A stretch of DNA of 64,000 bases, taken from Octopus vulgaris. Taxonomy: Eukaryota. Numbering within the stretch: the first letter of the stretch is position 1; each line of letters opens with the position of its first letter. Position numbers and translations under genes: made by a program. Shown here piece by piece: positions 25,702 to 39,177 of the stretch. A model generated the notes under the pieces. That model was not told the DNA's origin and made no database searches. It saw only the letters and a list, made by a program, of their open reading frames with translations. Where the stretch lies: positions 77,128,001-77,192,000 of the forward strand of contig OX597819.1 of the NCBI GenBank assembly GCA_951406725.2, written 5' to 3'.

Positions 25702-27836
25702 GGGTACACAACATGTCTGTGGAATACTAAGCCACTTACATGCTAATTTAATGTGCAGGTAGTTCAGTCAATGAAAAACTGAATACTCTGCATTGGAACT
25801 GGGATGCATTTTACACAGACTTGCATATGTGTATATGTGCATTTGTGTTTCAGAGAGGGAGAGATCATAATCATTTTTTACGCTTATTTTTCCATGCTGG
25901 CATTGGCCAGGCAAGACTTATTGAGGAAGATTGTCTGCAGCTAGATGCTTTTCCTGTTACCAACCTTTTTTTGTCTTTTTTTTTTTTTGTATTATTTTGG
26001 TTTAATTTAAGGTAGCAAGCTGGCAGAATTGTTTGCACATCAGACAAAATGCTTAGTGGCATTTAATTCATTGACTTTGCCTTTCATCCTATCGAAGTCG
26101 ATGAAATAAGTACCAGTTACATATTGGGGTCAATATAATCAATGTAATCAATGTAATCAACTAGCCCGCTTCCTAAAATTTTCAGGCCTTATGCCTGTAG
26201 CAGAAAGGATTAATATTGTTTAATTTAATATTTGTGGTATTTAGATCTTCCATTAGAATTTCTTATTGTGAACTTTGCTAATTACTTTCCCCATAGTTTC
26301 AAAATCACCTGCTTTTGTTCTTGGAAATTGGATTTCGTGCCTCACCCTGTCTTTCCTTACTCTGTTTTGTCTCACATATTCAGAGAGCCGAGTCATTTAG
26401 CTGTCAGAAACTTTAAAGAACAGTAATCACTTCAATTTAGTTACATTTAATGATGGCATAATGTATGTTCGAAGTTTTGATATTAGATATAGCTTTTAAA
26501 TTTTCAATTTTAGGTTTGTCTGTTGAGGAAAGAAAAAGAAATCTGGAAACCTACTAAGTAACTTTGTTGTAGTGTACAATTTGAAATATTATCCATTTAT
26601 GATATTTCTATTCGGAAGAACTATTTAAGTATGTGGCGTGGGGGGGGTAACATAGCTATTAGGCTATTAAAACATTTTATTACGTGAATGATGATGATGA
26701 TGAAGAAGAGGAGGAGAAGAATGATAATGAATGAGAAATTTCCTTTGAATTCTATCTACTTTTCTTTTGCATAAGTTTAAAATGTGAATAAATATGTGTA
26801 TGTATATATATAAATACATATATATATATGTAAATAGATAGATATGTGTGTGTATATATATATATGTAAATAGATAGATATGTGTGTGTATATATAAATA
26901 TATATATACATATATATAACAGTGTATCTGATATAGAGGAGATTGTTATCATGTGTGAAAATATTGCAATGCAGGGGCTATCAGTTTACTACTAATAGTA
27001 CTTGTGCACTTCTGCTCCTTCTCGCTTTCCCTTTCTCTATATTAGTATAAGAAATAGTTACGCCTGATGGACTAAATATGGCAGAGATGACAGGTAACAG
27101 ATATGTTGTAGTTCTCTACATCCTATTAGATTACAAGAAGAAAAATAAAAAGTGATGAAAATAAAAAGTAAAAAGAAAAAATCTAGGTAGGTTAGTAGCT
27201 AGCTTTTTATTGGTGCCACATATGGACATTTTGACAGAACCTTCCAAACCTCTTCATGATGATAATGATATATATATATATAGATCATTATTATCATGAT
27301 CTGTATATATATATATATATATAATGTACATATATATGTGTAGTATGTGTGTGAGTGTAAGTGTATGCATATAAATATATAAGTATGTATGCTTACACCC
27401 ACAATAGTGTATATGTATAAATAGATCCTAATGAATTTTGTTTCATAAGATAGGATGTCTGTATGTGGGGGGAGCTTTTGAAGAGATTCTGGGTTTTGAC
27501 AGTTATATTTGTATCTGTTTTTTTTTTTTCTTTCTACATTTGTTGTTAGGATTATGTAATGAACCAGCAGTCTTAGAGTTACTTCTTTTTAGTTTTATCA
27601 TCACACAGCTCTTGAAAGTTAATGTTTATGAAACTGAGGCAATAATTATAATTAAACTGGTGCTAAGAACAACATCTAGGTGTTAGTCAGTGACCAGAAT
27701 GCCCCTTTGTGACCAAAATCTTAAGTAACATAATTTACAAAAACGGTGAATATAGACTTATGATTTATTTGGTGTATGTCATTTCCAATTGTTAAATCTT
27801 TATTTTTATCCCAAATTATCTTTGGTGTTCTGTAAA

Positions 27837-28196
27837 TCTTTATATATAAAAGTGAAGTTGTATGTCTGTCTCCTACGATTTAGATTCCTAACTACTCCCA
27901 CATTTTGCAATGCAGTGTAGTCGTGATTCATATCGAGCCCTTCTACAATGAGTCTACGATTTTAAAAATAATTTACTATCATTTTTTTTCCATTTTAATG
28001 CATTTTTTCGCTATTATATAAGGGAAGTAACTCTCTAAAAATGTCTACGATGAGTCAACGATTTAAAAAAAAATTTGCCATCACTTTTTTTTCCATTTTT
28101 AATGCATTTTTTTGCTATTTTTTGGCTAAACTCTCTAAAAATGCTTATATAGTTATTTCCCTTACAAACCCGAGCAATGCCGGGCGATACTGCTAG
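27837..28196 (+). mobile_element. Non-autonomous Helitron-like element
   Basis: Inserted between A and T; 5' TC; subterminal hairpin cccgagcaatgccggg (28169-28184); 3' CTAG; internal ~100-bp duplication. Confidence 0.8.
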
Positions 28197-30224
28197 TTAT
28201 TTATAAATAGTGGTATCAAAGTGGAGGTGTATAGACATTGTTTTTAGGGTGTTGGACTCATGTTCTTAAGATTGTCGTTTCAATTCCTGGACCTGGCAAT
28301 GTGTTGCATTCTTGACCAAACCTCTCATTTCATATTGGTCCAGATCACTCAGGTTGGAAAAATGAAGCAAAGAATTCCCCACATTGGTCCTACTTCTGCC
28401 CACATGATCTTCCTCACTCCTCCTTTTCTGGTGGGGTCCCCTCAGCCATTGATATCACTGACCCTTTTCTCCCTGTTGGTTCACCTCATCCCCACACTTA
28501 CATTTTTCACCTGCTTATTTGTAACTCATTTCTTTCTATCTCTCATTTATACATATAACTATTCCTGTACTTCACAGTCATCTAAGCTATGTATATTTGA
28601 GCCAATGAAGGAGTCTCTACTTAGACTTGGGCCATATATGGTCAGTGGTTAGTTTAGATACTGAAGGACTAAACCTACTAGTAAAAGCAGCAAAATATAT
28701 GTAAAATTATACTTCACCATCTCTGAAACAATAAATAAAAAACATAAGTCAGTCAGATGGTCATGTTTGGAATGCCTTCCATCTTAAGTCTACTCACACT
28801 GGTCTGTCCTAGTGCGAAACAACAACTAGTGCAAAATTAGAATATCATATAAGTAGAATAACTGGACATTTTGTTCATGACATTGTTGAAATTATTGCAA
28901 AATAATCTGCTTGCTTCACCACTCTAGGCCAATGTGGAAATAGATTTAATTGCTATTTCCATGTTGAATGAATAGGAATAGTACCAACCATTTGACTAAC
29001 GGTGGTTCTTAACTTTTGGTATAAATACTTTGCCTTACAGAACAATTCTATCCCTTGCCCGTAAAATCTGTATAAATATCTTTTATCTTTTACTTGTTTC
29101 ACACATTTGATTGCAGCCATGCTGGAGCAGTGTCTTGAAGGGTTTAGTCAAACATCAAACAACTTGACTCTAGTAATTTTTTTTTTTTCTTAAATCCAGT
29201 ACTTATTTTATCGGCCACTTTTCCAAACTGCTATGTTATGGGGATGTAAACAAACCAACATCAGTTGTCAAATGAGGGTGGGGGCAAACATGAACATGAC
29301 GACAAACTAGTCTTCTATAAAAAAAAAAAAAACAGAAAATATTTGCCCAAGCTTGTCTTGAAAAGAAATTTTCCAAGTACAGATCTTGCAAAACATACCG
29401 AGGATCTGGATTTCAGCAATAAATTCTTTTACTAGGCAACGCTTCTTTATACTTTCTTTCTATGATATATTATAACTTGGCATTTAACCCCCAAGCAACT
29501 TGAATTAAATCAACTGTCTTGAATCCCAAAGTATTTTCCAAAAGAAATTTACAGCAATTCCATCTGTAGCAGTTGGCTATAAATAATTTGTTTCTGCTCC
29601 AGTGGAACAGGATTTGAGCAGTTGACTGTTTATGTTATGCTGCTAAATTTCCAGCTTATTTCCATAATTGCTGTTTAATGCAGTTCTTCCCCAAAGAAAC
29701 ATTCCTGCTGACTGGAAATTGCCATTGATATATTTATATATTTTTACTTGCTATTTTGGGTGGCCGAATAAGTGAAGCATCAAAGACAGTACCTTGTAGG
29801 ATATGGTTATGTTCTTTTACATTTTAGAATTCCAATCCTATCTCGGTTCACCTTGCTTTTCATCCTTCTGGGATCAATATAATCTGACTGTACCCTTGAA
29901 GTGTGTGTTCTAGCACAGTCACTGTTTAATGACTGAAACCACTAATGAATGGTGAGTAATCAGTTCAACAGATTTGTTTATATTTGCACAATACCATCCA
30001 CCTTCCATGCTGGTATGGGTGAGACGGTTTGACAGGAGCTGGCCAGGCAGAAGCCTGCACCAGACTTCTGTGTGAACATATTTTTTGAAAGATTAATAAC
30101 TAATTTAGTAAGAAAGTGGGATAGCTATTCTTAGGATAGTTTGACAGGGGTAGAAATATGGCAACCTTCTTTGCCTCAAAGGAACTTACATTTTGTTTGT
30201 GGAATTCAGTTCCTTTAAAGATAA

Positions 30225-30593
30225 TTCTTTTATTTGTTTTAGTCATATGACTGTGGCCACGCTGGAGCACTGCCTTCAGTCAAGCAAATCAACCCCAAGA
30301 CTTATTCTTTGTATGCCTAGTACTTATTCTATCTGTCTTTTGCTGAACCGCTAAGTTACAGGGGACATAAACACATTAGCATTGATTGTCAAGTGATGGT
30401 AGGGGCACAGACATATACATACATACATATATATACGACAGGCTTATTTCAGTTTCCGTCTGCCAAATCCAGTCACAAGGCTTTGGTCGGCCCAAGTCTA
30501 TAGTAGAAGATACTTGCCCAAGGTGCCACACAGTGGGACTGAACCCGGAACCATGTGGTAAGCAAGCTACTTACCACACAGCTACTCCTGCAC
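30225..30593 (-). mobile_element. SINE family A
   Basis: Reverse complement of the 39770-40140 copy. Confidence 0.85.
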
Positions 30594-32288
30594 CTATAAA
30601 TTCATAAAATATAACAATAACTGTGGTTATTGCTTAGTTTCCAAGTAGAGTATCGTTAAGTTGACCTATGATCAAAAGTATTCAAGTTATGACCATCACA
30701 CCTTTTTGTCAGCAAGAGTGTTACCAAGTCTATAGTATCCAATGTGATATTTTATTAGAGTCGTGGAAGATTTAGTGGCTTGCCATGTTAAGTGACCACT
30801 TGAAGATTTCTTCATTGGCTCATGTCACAGATAGTTAAGTTATATGAGTTCTCTGACAATTGGCCTACAAGTTGACAGTTCCTAATATCATTACCATAGT
30901 AAAGAAACTTGCCAGTTAAGGATGCTCACATCACCAAGTTACAAGTAAATAACTAGTAGATAGTTAATGAACTGGACAAGGGTGTGAGACATTTTGCAGC
31001 TTGTAAGTTGTCATTAAGAGTTGTATAGTGTGGCTCTCCACAACCCATGGCAGCCTGCTGTATGTACCATAAACTTCGCATGATTTTCTCTATGACTGTG
31101 ATGAGCAAGTGACAGCACTTTAGAATTACTTTGTTGGTGTCATACAGAGTTCAGAGTCTCTCATGAGAAATTTTGCATTTTACCAGTAATAAATTGGACT
31201 CTTGTGGATTGAGATTGACTTGGAGCCAGAATTAAGCACTAGCCCAGTGAATCTTGGGTGTCTATGAAAGATTTCACTTATTGAAGTTTTTATAGAGTGA
31301 AAGAAGTAGATAGAGGAAGTAAAATTTAGCTTACTACATGAAGTTCAAATTCTCTCATGAGTAATACCTACAACATATTAGTATGCTGTTCAACTATTGA
31401 CATGTATCACTGTTTCTATGGAAACTTATATAGGCTCTAGCACACTACATCTAGTAACATAAGTAGATGAAAAAACAAAATATTTGGAAATGAGTTCTGA
31501 CTGCACAAAATAGATTTGAGTTCCGTCTCTTCTTTTTCTGGTGTACTCCTTTGATTGTAATCACAAAGTACTTATATTTCCTCAAGTTTAGATTTTATAA
31601 AGCCTTCAAGAAGTTTTTAATGTAGACCTATGATCCTACATTATTTTTGATGTGTCCTTTCTCTGTGTTTAAGAAAAGGGTGTGATTTGTTGCATATTTG
31701 TCTGCTATTTCTAGCAGGTTACACAACCACACATTTACTCTTAATTCTCCTTTAAAAGCCTGTCAGATTCAAAATTTGGTTGGTTAGACCAAATTTTGAA
31801 GGGGGATAGTATGGCTGGCTGAATTGACCCAGTCATATCTGGTATTTATTGAACCTAGAGAGATAAATAGCAAAATAAACTCCGTCAGAACATGAATTCA
31901 GATTGGAGAGGACAAAAAGAAATACAGTAAAACATTCTATCTAGAACTCAACTTTTTTTTTTTATTAATTCATGTCCCACTAGCTCAACAATTCAATTAG
32001 ATTACATTCCAGGCAACCACTAGGGCTAACTACTCATTATATTCTGTAGTGAACTATGTATTATTTTAACACCTGTCTACATAAGTAAATTTAGCTTGGT
32101 GATATTTTAGACAGCTCTTTTGCTGGCACTCGTGTGTTCTTGCCAAACTTTACCTTATGCAATGAAATTTTTCTATTAGTTTTTGTATCTTTCTAATTTA
32201 CACCCGAATCTCTTCATAATGGATGTTATTCTCTTTTGCTCGGTTTCTTTTCTTTTCTTTTCCTAACACCCTTTTGGCTTTCTTCCAG

Positions 32289-32435
32289 CTATACTTGTCA
32301 TCATTACCATTTTTATCTGTGGAAGCTTCGTTCTCTTTCATATTTTTCTGTGTGTTGTTCCTCCATTGTTTTTCGGGCTGCTGTTTGTTTGCTTATTCAT
32401 CATAATTCAGCGTTCTAAATCTTGCATACATTCAG
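32289..32435 (+). CDS. Candidate 147-nt cassette exon, phase 1 to 1, very hydrophobic
   Basis: CTAAC branch-like motif at ~32263-32267, long pyrimidine tract, ttccag acceptor, weak donor CAG|gtgctt. Only the phase-1 frame stays open to the donor. Confidence 0.28.
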
Positions 32436-32904
32436 GTGCTTGCATTCTTAAATATTTATAATTTCTACAAACAATCATATCTGATTCTCTTTTTTTTTTT
32501 CTCTCTCTCTTTGCCTGACTACAACAATAAATGATAGTATAAAGACATATGGAGAAATTTAATGTTTTATGATTTTTATGATTATGTTCAACATTCTGTA
32601 TATAATACACAGATTAAACTAATTACTTTTTCGACTGTCTGTACAAATTAATGTTTGTAAATTTATTTAGCCAACACTCCTTAGTAGTACATCAAGTAAA
32701 CCTTCAGCATAGCAAAGAAGCCCTGACATACTTGTACCTCTTGTGTTTATAACTGAAATGGTGTCTAATATATTCAGATGATGCCAAGCCTATTTATATG
32801 TTTTTAAGTTGCAAAGCAATTTGTTATGAAATTAGAATTTTCTTATTGTTAAATAAAATTTCATCAAATTTTTTCTGTCATTTGTAACTTATATATGAAT
32901 AGAT

Positions 32905-33740
32905 GCAGGTGTGGCTGTGTGGTCAAGAAGCTCACTTTGCAACCTTATGGTTTCAGGTTCAGTCCCACTGCAGAGCACCTTGGACAAGTGTCTTCTACTT
33001 TAGGTCCTTATCATCCAATACTTAATGAGTGAATTTAGTTGATAGAAATTGAAAGCCCATAGTATATGTGTGTCTGTGTCTTGACATGACATGGTAGTTG
33101 TAAATGAATGTCACTATCAAAAAAGCAGTGTTCTTTATTTCCAGTCTTTTGTGAAAATATATCTGGTTATGGGGAAAATATTATCTTGCTTGGGAACAGT
33201 TGAAAGTTGGTAGCGGGAAGGGTATCCAACCATAGAAAATCTGCTTCAATAAATTTTGTCCAACCTATGCAAGCATGAAATATTGAACATTAAAATGATG
33301 ATAATATACATATACATACCAACATGCATACATACATATATATAGGCGCAGGTATGGGCAGGGTGAAGGTGTGACTATAGTATGAAGCGTGCTTCCCGAC
33401 CACATGGTTCCGGGGTCAGTTCCACTGTGTGGCAGCTTGGGTAAGTGTCTTCTGCTATAGAATTGGGCCAACCAAAGCCTTGTGGGTGGATCTGGTAGAC
33501 GGAAATTTAAAAATACCATATATACTGTTGTATATATATATGTGTGTGTTTGTCCCCCACTACTACTTGACAACCGGTGTTTACATCTCCAAAACGTAGT
33601 GGTTCAGCAAAAGAGATCAATAAAATAAGTACAAGGCTTTAAAAAAAAGTACTGGGGTTAATTCATTCAGTTATAAATTCTTTAAGACAGTGATCCAGTA
33701 TGGCCACAGTCTAATGACTGAAACAAGTAAAAGATAAAGA
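32905..33740 (+). mobile_element. Two adjacent family A-headed SINEs; the first ends in an RTE-like 3' tail
   Basis: Heads at ~32905 and ~33370. The first ends ggaagggtatcca...catgaaatattgaacattaaaatgatgat, the second ends atgactgaaacaagtaaaagataaa. Confidence 0.75.
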
Positions 33741-36360
33741 ATATATATGCCTGTTGGCATCTGAAATCAACTCCCACTTTGGACTGAATTCCAAATAGTC
33801 TTTGGTTTTTCTTTATTCTGTTACTGGCTTCAGTCTTGCAGCCATGCTGTTGTAAGGTTTTTATCCTACAATATTTACTCAGTCCTTTGCCTGATTCTTG
33901 TTTTCTTGCCTTCGTATGGTTAAGAAAGCTGAAGTCAACTTAACTAGACATAAAGAGAGGTAACCAAAACAGAACAAACTTTAAATAGATAGACAGCTAG
34001 CTAGCATGAGAAAGAGTCACATACAAAGGTCTTTCACATTGTTTCTATTTACCAAATTTCACCCACAAGCCATTAGTCCACCCAAGGCTACTGTTAAGGG
34101 CACTTCCCCTACATTGTAATTGAATTCAGGATCACGTGTCTGTTAATTGCTCTTAACCTCATCATTGTAAGCCCATTTTCATGAGCTGAAACTTTACCAG
34201 TGCCTTGTACTGAGTTCACCTGCTGGTCTGTTATCACCCTATCAACCTGTAATGGACTCCTAGATGTGCTTAGTTGTATCTCTCTCTGGTTTGAGTATTT
34301 GGAAGTAAGAATGGTATCTTGTCGTAAAATCAATTGTTCCAACTATTCATAAGTGAATGTCTAACTTTCTAAAATCTACTTTGTCAATTTAGCATAGGAA
34401 AATGGATATTGATCAAGACAAAAGGAAAAGTAAAATGAAAAAGCATTAGTATAAAGACATGTTAGTATGTTTCATATACATTATTTACATGATCTTTGCC
34501 ACATATATCTACTATTCTTCTTAGTGAAATATGTTTTCTAGCTATGTGTGTGTAGATAGACACATATATCTTACCGATTTTAGACTGTCTTTGTATTTGT
34601 AAACATATTTAATTTCACTTCTAGTCTTTCTATAAAACCATGCTGGCTGAAAGTATAGCTGAACTGGTCAATTCTTTGAGCAAAATCTTTGTATTTTATT
34701 TATTTATTAATTTATGTATTTATTTACTTATGTATTATTTTTTAATGTTTAGTATCACAATTTGTCGACCATAGTTATAGTTTTCCAACTGCTCCACTAG
34801 TTTGCTCTGTTTCAGTTTCTAACCAATGTTTATATCCCTGCCATCTCCAATATTAGGACAAAAAATAAAGCTCCTTCATGACTCATATAGACTCATAAAG
34901 CCAGTTTCCTCATTTCTGTGGTATATATATTCCCCTATTGGACAGGATGCCAGTCCATTACAGGATTACTCATTTTCGCAAACTGAGTGGACCATAGCAA
35001 CATGAAATGAAGTGCTTTCCTCAAGAATACAACTCATTGTCCAGTCTAGAAATTGAAACCACAATTTTAAGGTCATGAGTCTAACACCCTAACTACTAAG
35101 CCATATGCCTCCACCCTCTCCAAAATACATCACTAAAAAATATACATGTGTGTATGTGCACATACATGATGAGCTTCCATACAGTTTCTGACTATCAAAT
35201 TCAGCTGATAAAATATTGATCAATCTAAGACTGTGGCAGAAGATATCTTATCCAAGGTGCAAAGTGGTTGGATTGAACTTGGAACCATGTGGTTATGAAA
35301 CAGATATTTATAGTGCAACAATGTGATTTTATATTGTAAATCCTAATGGATGTAAAAGTCTGCTAGAGATAAAATGAGTGGTGGCAGAACTTCAAACATA
35401 TTTTCTACTGCTATCACTGATTGAGTTTAGTGAGATTAGAGGCTTTTTCACTACAACCCCCTCCATGAAATTGGATCTAAACTCTACAAGTTTGTAAAAT
35501 ATACACCAATTTTTCTTTACTTCCATTTATTACAAGTGAATGGTTTCCCCAAAGTCCTATTTACAGCGACATGGATTAAGTTATTTAGACTTAAATATCT
35601 TTGGTAGGGCCACATAATCACAATTCAGCCAACTGCAACTCTCAGAACTGATCACTAAATAAGTTTTGGGCTGGCTTTCTGACAGTCTTCGACAGTAGAA
35701 TAAATCTGTTAACTATTATCATATGTAAATTCATTCATTTATTTGTTCACTTCAGTGAAAGTGCTTTTATCATTGCCCATCCTTTTGAAAGATTTGAGCT
35801 CAATAATTGATCATTCAACAGGGCCCTTGTTCCTTCCGCTGATCAACTATGACTAGTTAGGGTACGTATTTACATCGTTATGGATTTTGTTAGAAAGAGT
35901 TAATTATTTTGATCATGGAGATAATCCAGCTATAAAAATGAGATTTAAGCTACAGTAGGCCTCCAATCAGCTACCTAACATCTCTTTTGCCTTGACTAGC
36001 AACAGTTAATGTCCTGAAAGTTTATGGATTATTTTTATATTTAATATTTATGGGGAGGCAAATGTCAGTGGAGAGGACTAAAACGGCAGAGCACCAAACT
36101 AACTCTCTCATTGCCATTAATCCTTTCACTGCAAAATTAATTTTCATGGTTATTCCAGCAATGATGTTAAATATCTACAAGAAAGAATAAAAAAAAATAG
36201 AATTGGTATTTTCTGTAAGTCACATTGTCTGAATAAACTTGACATATCACAACAAAAAAATGCTTTCAAACATCATATTCCTCAACAAAAGCTAGGTTGG
36301 TATATAAAACTGCTTTCCACAGTTAACAGTTCTAAACATTTTGAGTGGATATTTCTTCAG

Positions 36361-36735
36361 CATCATCATCATCGTTTAACGTCCGCTTTCCATGCTAGCA
36401 TGGGTTGGACAGTTCAACTGGGGTCTGGGAAGCCAGAAGGCTGCACCAAGCCCAGTCTGATCTGGCAGTGTTTCTACAGCTGGATGCCCTTCCTAACGCC
36501 AACCACTCCGTGAGTGTAGTGGGTGCTTTTTACATGCCACCGGCACAGGTGCCAGACGAGGCTGGCAAACGGCCATGATCGGATGGTGCTTTTTACGTGC
36601 CACCGGCATGGAGGCCAGTAGGGCGGCACTGGCTACGACCACTTTCGGATTGTTCTCTTACGTGCCACTGGCACTGGTATCACAGCTACAAATTCCATTG
36701 ATGTTGATCGATTACTATTTTGATTTCGATTTTAA
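36361..36735 (-). mobile_element. RTE-type 3'UTR fragment
   Basis: catcatcatcgtttaacgtccgctttccatgctagcatgggttggac...; reverse complement of 14070-14573. Confidence 0.85.
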
Positions 36736-39142
36736 AGGATTTAATTTGGTACTTAAGTTCAAATTCATTCAGAGTCAACATTTCTTTCATTTCATCTGGA
36801 GATTAAGGAGTAACATTTATTTACTGAGCTTTATTCAACTTTTCCATAAGATGATAATTTTCTTTTATTCCTAACTGAAACGAAATATCTATAAAAATGA
36901 ATAGGCATTACTAAGTTTTTTTTTTCTCATTTTTATCTTGATACATTTGTGTACTGTTTTTTTTTTTATTTAATTTTCAAATGTTGCACTTCAAAGTTAG
37001 TCTTTGGAAACAAAATTAGAACTTCAAATTAATTTTCTATAAATGAAAATAAATTAAAAGTAAGAACGTTTCTCACTTCTGATGCTTTCCTAGAATACAT
37101 TATCATATATACAGTATTAAGAATTTCTTTAAACTGTCCAACTGGGACAATTTACATATTAGCTTAATCAGATTCTTTTTTTTTTTTTTTTGTGATAAAT
37201 GATTTTTTTAAATTATGTTTTTGGCTTCTAATTATCAGTTGCAGCTTCCTTTTGAAGCAGGTGAGAAAATGAATTGAATTAGCAGTAATATCTTTTCACT
37301 TAATCACTTTGATTCCTATCTGTATCCTCCCATACATCATTCATTTCACTGTAGTTAGTTACTTATATTCGACTACGTATTGTTGCGCTTAGCATTGCAA
37401 CCAGTTATCTGCTCTTGTCTCTGTATCCTCCAATATGTTTTGGCCTTCTGCCTAGCTGTCTACACTCAAACAGATCTTGTTATACATATTCTCATTGGGT
37501 CAGCTCCGCTCACTTATCTAAATATTTTACTTGGCACGTTCATTAACATCAAAGTTCTTGCTTATTTCATATGTCTTAAAATATACTTCAAAACATTTGG
37601 GAATGTAAAAGGATGCAGTTATAGATGACTTACTGTGTGAAGATGAAAAGACAGTATCTTAATAAATCTTTACGATTGCTATTTATGAAATGCCCTGGAC
37701 TTGTTATTTGCATTGTGAAGAGGGAAGCTTAGCAGAAATGGTAGGGCAGAGTACCAAACTAAGTGACTTTACTGTATTTGGTTTGGTTCCTCTATGTTCT
37801 GAGTTCAAGTCCCTCTGGGGAGGGTCAGTAAAATAGACCCCCACACCCATAATACACTGCAAGTGGATTTAATGAGTTATACTATTCCTCGTTATTGTTC
37901 ACATTTAGTTTAATGTATGCGTTTCCATTTTTGTATCTGGGTCCCCCCTTCTTTTGTTTTAGATGTATAACTTAGAGGTGTATATATGTAGATCCCTCCC
38001 CACAAAGAGAGTGGTTGAACAACATCAGGGAATAAACAGGGGTAGTAAATAGTTAGTTAATTACAACAAAAGGTAAAGGATGGGGGGAGGCGTTACATCA
38101 CCCGATGTACCACCTACAGCCTCCTTCGGTTATGGGGCTATTGATTTGACTTAACTGATTGATTGATTTCCTGATTGATTGATCTGCGCATCTGAAGCAA
38201 GGCTTTCATTAATGAAATGTTTCTAACCATACGAATATTTCTTATTGATTAAAGCATGAAAATTCTCTGTATTAAATATTTTCCCCATGATTGAAATAGA
38301 TTGGTTGATTTTTTGATCATCTGGGTCCTTTGGAGATAAAAACAAATAATTGCCACTTTTTTTTTTCTTTCTTTCTTTATGAGATATAATTGTGTTTTTT
38401 TTTTTAACCTCAGTCACCTCTAATTAAGCCCACACAATCAAAAGTATTTCAACTGAAATGATACCATTTTCAGAATCAGACATTTTTCATTTTTGCTTTA
38501 GACATTGTTTTTATCACTACATTATCTGAAGTACCCTTCCTTGTATTTTTTTTTTTTTTTTTTTGTCAAAGGTGGCAGAGTGTGATTTGAGGAAAAGCTG
38601 AGTATTGCTGCTCAACCTAAGTAGGTTGAGCTAGCACACTCAAGCTCTCTTACTGGCTCATTTCTCGAGTTTGTTTGAAGATGGGTGGATGACTCTAGCA
38701 TTTCCAGAATCTGAAGGGGGAAGGGGAGTAATAGAAGTCAATAACTTTGGATTCTTGCTAATATGTGGTTGGGAAAAAAAATCTCTCTCTCTTCCTCCTC
38801 CTCCTTTCTCCCTCTCTCTCTCTCTCTCTCTCTCTGTTTTCCCCTCAAACACATTATATTGAAAACACAGCTGTTCAGTGTTTTTATGAATGATTTTTCA
38901 TAATTCCATATTCGTCCTTTATGTATAGTTTGGAGCAATAATGTCCCTATGCCCATTAATGTTCTCGACTATCTTCTGAGCAAGGTATGGAAAATAGTGA
39001 GTGGCATTTTTATTGCTGTATTTTTGTACTATCCAACAAGGATCATGGAAATGATGAAACTCATAAAATTACCACCATAATCATCATCATCATCATCATC
39101 TGTAATTTTTTGCTTTCCGGGTTGATTATAAAATCTTGCCTT

Positions 39143-39176
<34 letters not shown>

Positions 39177-39177
39177 G

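Noticed and set aside
35792-35861. Exon-like segment with donor AGG|gtacgt
   Set aside because: Stop codon in the phase-1 and phase-2 readings, length not a multiple of 3, modest acceptor.
37963-37977. 15-nt AG..GT segment after a pyrimidine tract
   Set aside because: TAA in phase 1 and a weak donor.
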